Below, piece after piece: positions 46,362 through 47,023 of a stretch of 47,023 nt of DNA. The notes under the pieces are model-generated. The model did not search any database. It was not told where the DNA came from and saw nothing but the letters and a program-made list of their open reading frames with translations. How positions within the stretch are numbered: position 1 is the first letter of the stretch; each line of letters opens with the position of its first letter. The stretch is from a virus (lineage: Duplodnaviria > Caudoviricetes): positions 1 through 47,023 of IMG/VR virus record IMGVR_UViG_3300037515_000068; one strand, written 5' to 3'. A program made the translations under genes and the position numbers.

Positions 46362-46633
46362 GTACACTACACTTACACTTACGATTTGAGTATTTCGATG
46401 CCATAGCGGAAGGCCGTAAATATAAAGAATACCGCGATGCGTCGAAGTGGCAAAAGAAACTGGACAGCGAAAAATATAAATTTATCAGGCTTTATAGGGG
46501 GTTTGAAAAAGTGGCAGACGATACGATTTTGGACATGCCGTACCGTGGCTACGAACTCGAAACAATCGTGCATCCTCATTTCGGGAACGTGGAGAAATTG
46601 GTTTGCGCTATTCATGTCACGCCACAAAAATGA
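46358..46633 (+). CDS. Second ASCH/PUA-like protein
   Basis: LHLRFEYFDAIAEGRKYKEYR..HPHFG. Confidence 0.75.
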   Translation: MSTLHLHLRFEYFDAIAEGRKYKEYRDASKWQKKLDSEKYKFIRLYRGFEKVADDTILDMPYRGYELETIVHPHFGNVEKLVCAIHVTPQK

Positions 46634-47023
46634 CCCAATCAGAGCATAAAGAGCCGAAGCCGAAAAAGTGCAATGCTCCTAACTGCGGGAAGATGTTCGT
46701 CCCTACTAAGCCATTGCAGCAAGTGTGCGATTTCGGATGCGCTATCGAGCTTAACCTGCACAACAGAGCCAAGAAAGAGGCTAAGGAAGCTACTAGGAAG
46801 CGCGTAGAGCATCGAGAGGCGAAGGCGAAGCTAAAGAGCCGCGGCGACTGGATGCGCGAGGCTCAGATCGCCATAAACGCATACCGGCGCGAACTCACGA
46901 AGTCGGACGGGTGTATATCCTGCGGGACGATGAACGGGAAAATGAACGGCGGCCATTATCGCAGCGTCGGATCAAGCCCGGAGACACGGTTCGAAGAACT
47001 CAATATCTGGTGTCAATGCGAAC
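46630..47023 (+). CDS. ninG: NinG/Rap-like nuclease, N-terminal part (continues at base 1)
   Basis: PKKC..C..F.P.KPLQQVC..CA..CISCG..GGHYRSVGSSPETRFEELNIWCQC. Confidence 0.88.
   Translation, partial: MTQSEHKEPKPKKCNAPNCGKMFVPTKPLQQVCDFGCAIELNLHNRAKKEAKEATRKRVEHREAKAKLKSRGDWMREAQIAINAYRRELTKSDGCISCGTMNGKMNGGHYRSVGSSPETRFEELNIWCQCE

Noticed and set aside
1-47023. Integrase, intI or CI repressor
   Set aside because: No ORF with tyrosine/serine recombinase or HTH-S24 motifs recognised; a very divergent one cannot be excluded without an HMM search

Overview
The window is an essentially complete, circularly permuted ~47 kb tailed-phage genome with P22-like (podovirus) architecture. The NinG gene is split across the two ends. 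The rightward late arm runs terminases, portal, an LPD23/ART-like polyvalent protein, scaffold, capsid, tail hub and ejection proteins, tail fibres, and lysis genes with embedded Rz/Rz1. A leftward early arm carries SSB, an exonuclease and a Sak4-like ATPase. A rightward replication/nin arm carries Cro-like, initiator, DnaB, RNA ligase, methyltransferase, NinB and NinG genes. I could not find an integrase or CI repressor. The most unusual signal is two arrays of integron-type gene cassettes (about 29.6-31.5 kb and 44.7-46.2 kb). They contain about ten attC-like hairpins, each cassette has complementary end heptamers, and no intI is present. Nearly all cassette genes are inverted relative to the canonical cassette orientation, so they are co-oriented with phage transcription. 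Also notable are two c4/CI-like antisense RNA loci, a chain of long-range hairpins including a loop-loop RNA, a split or duplicated gp10-like tail hub gene, and several apparent frameshifts. All family calls are from motif recognition; no database searches were run.
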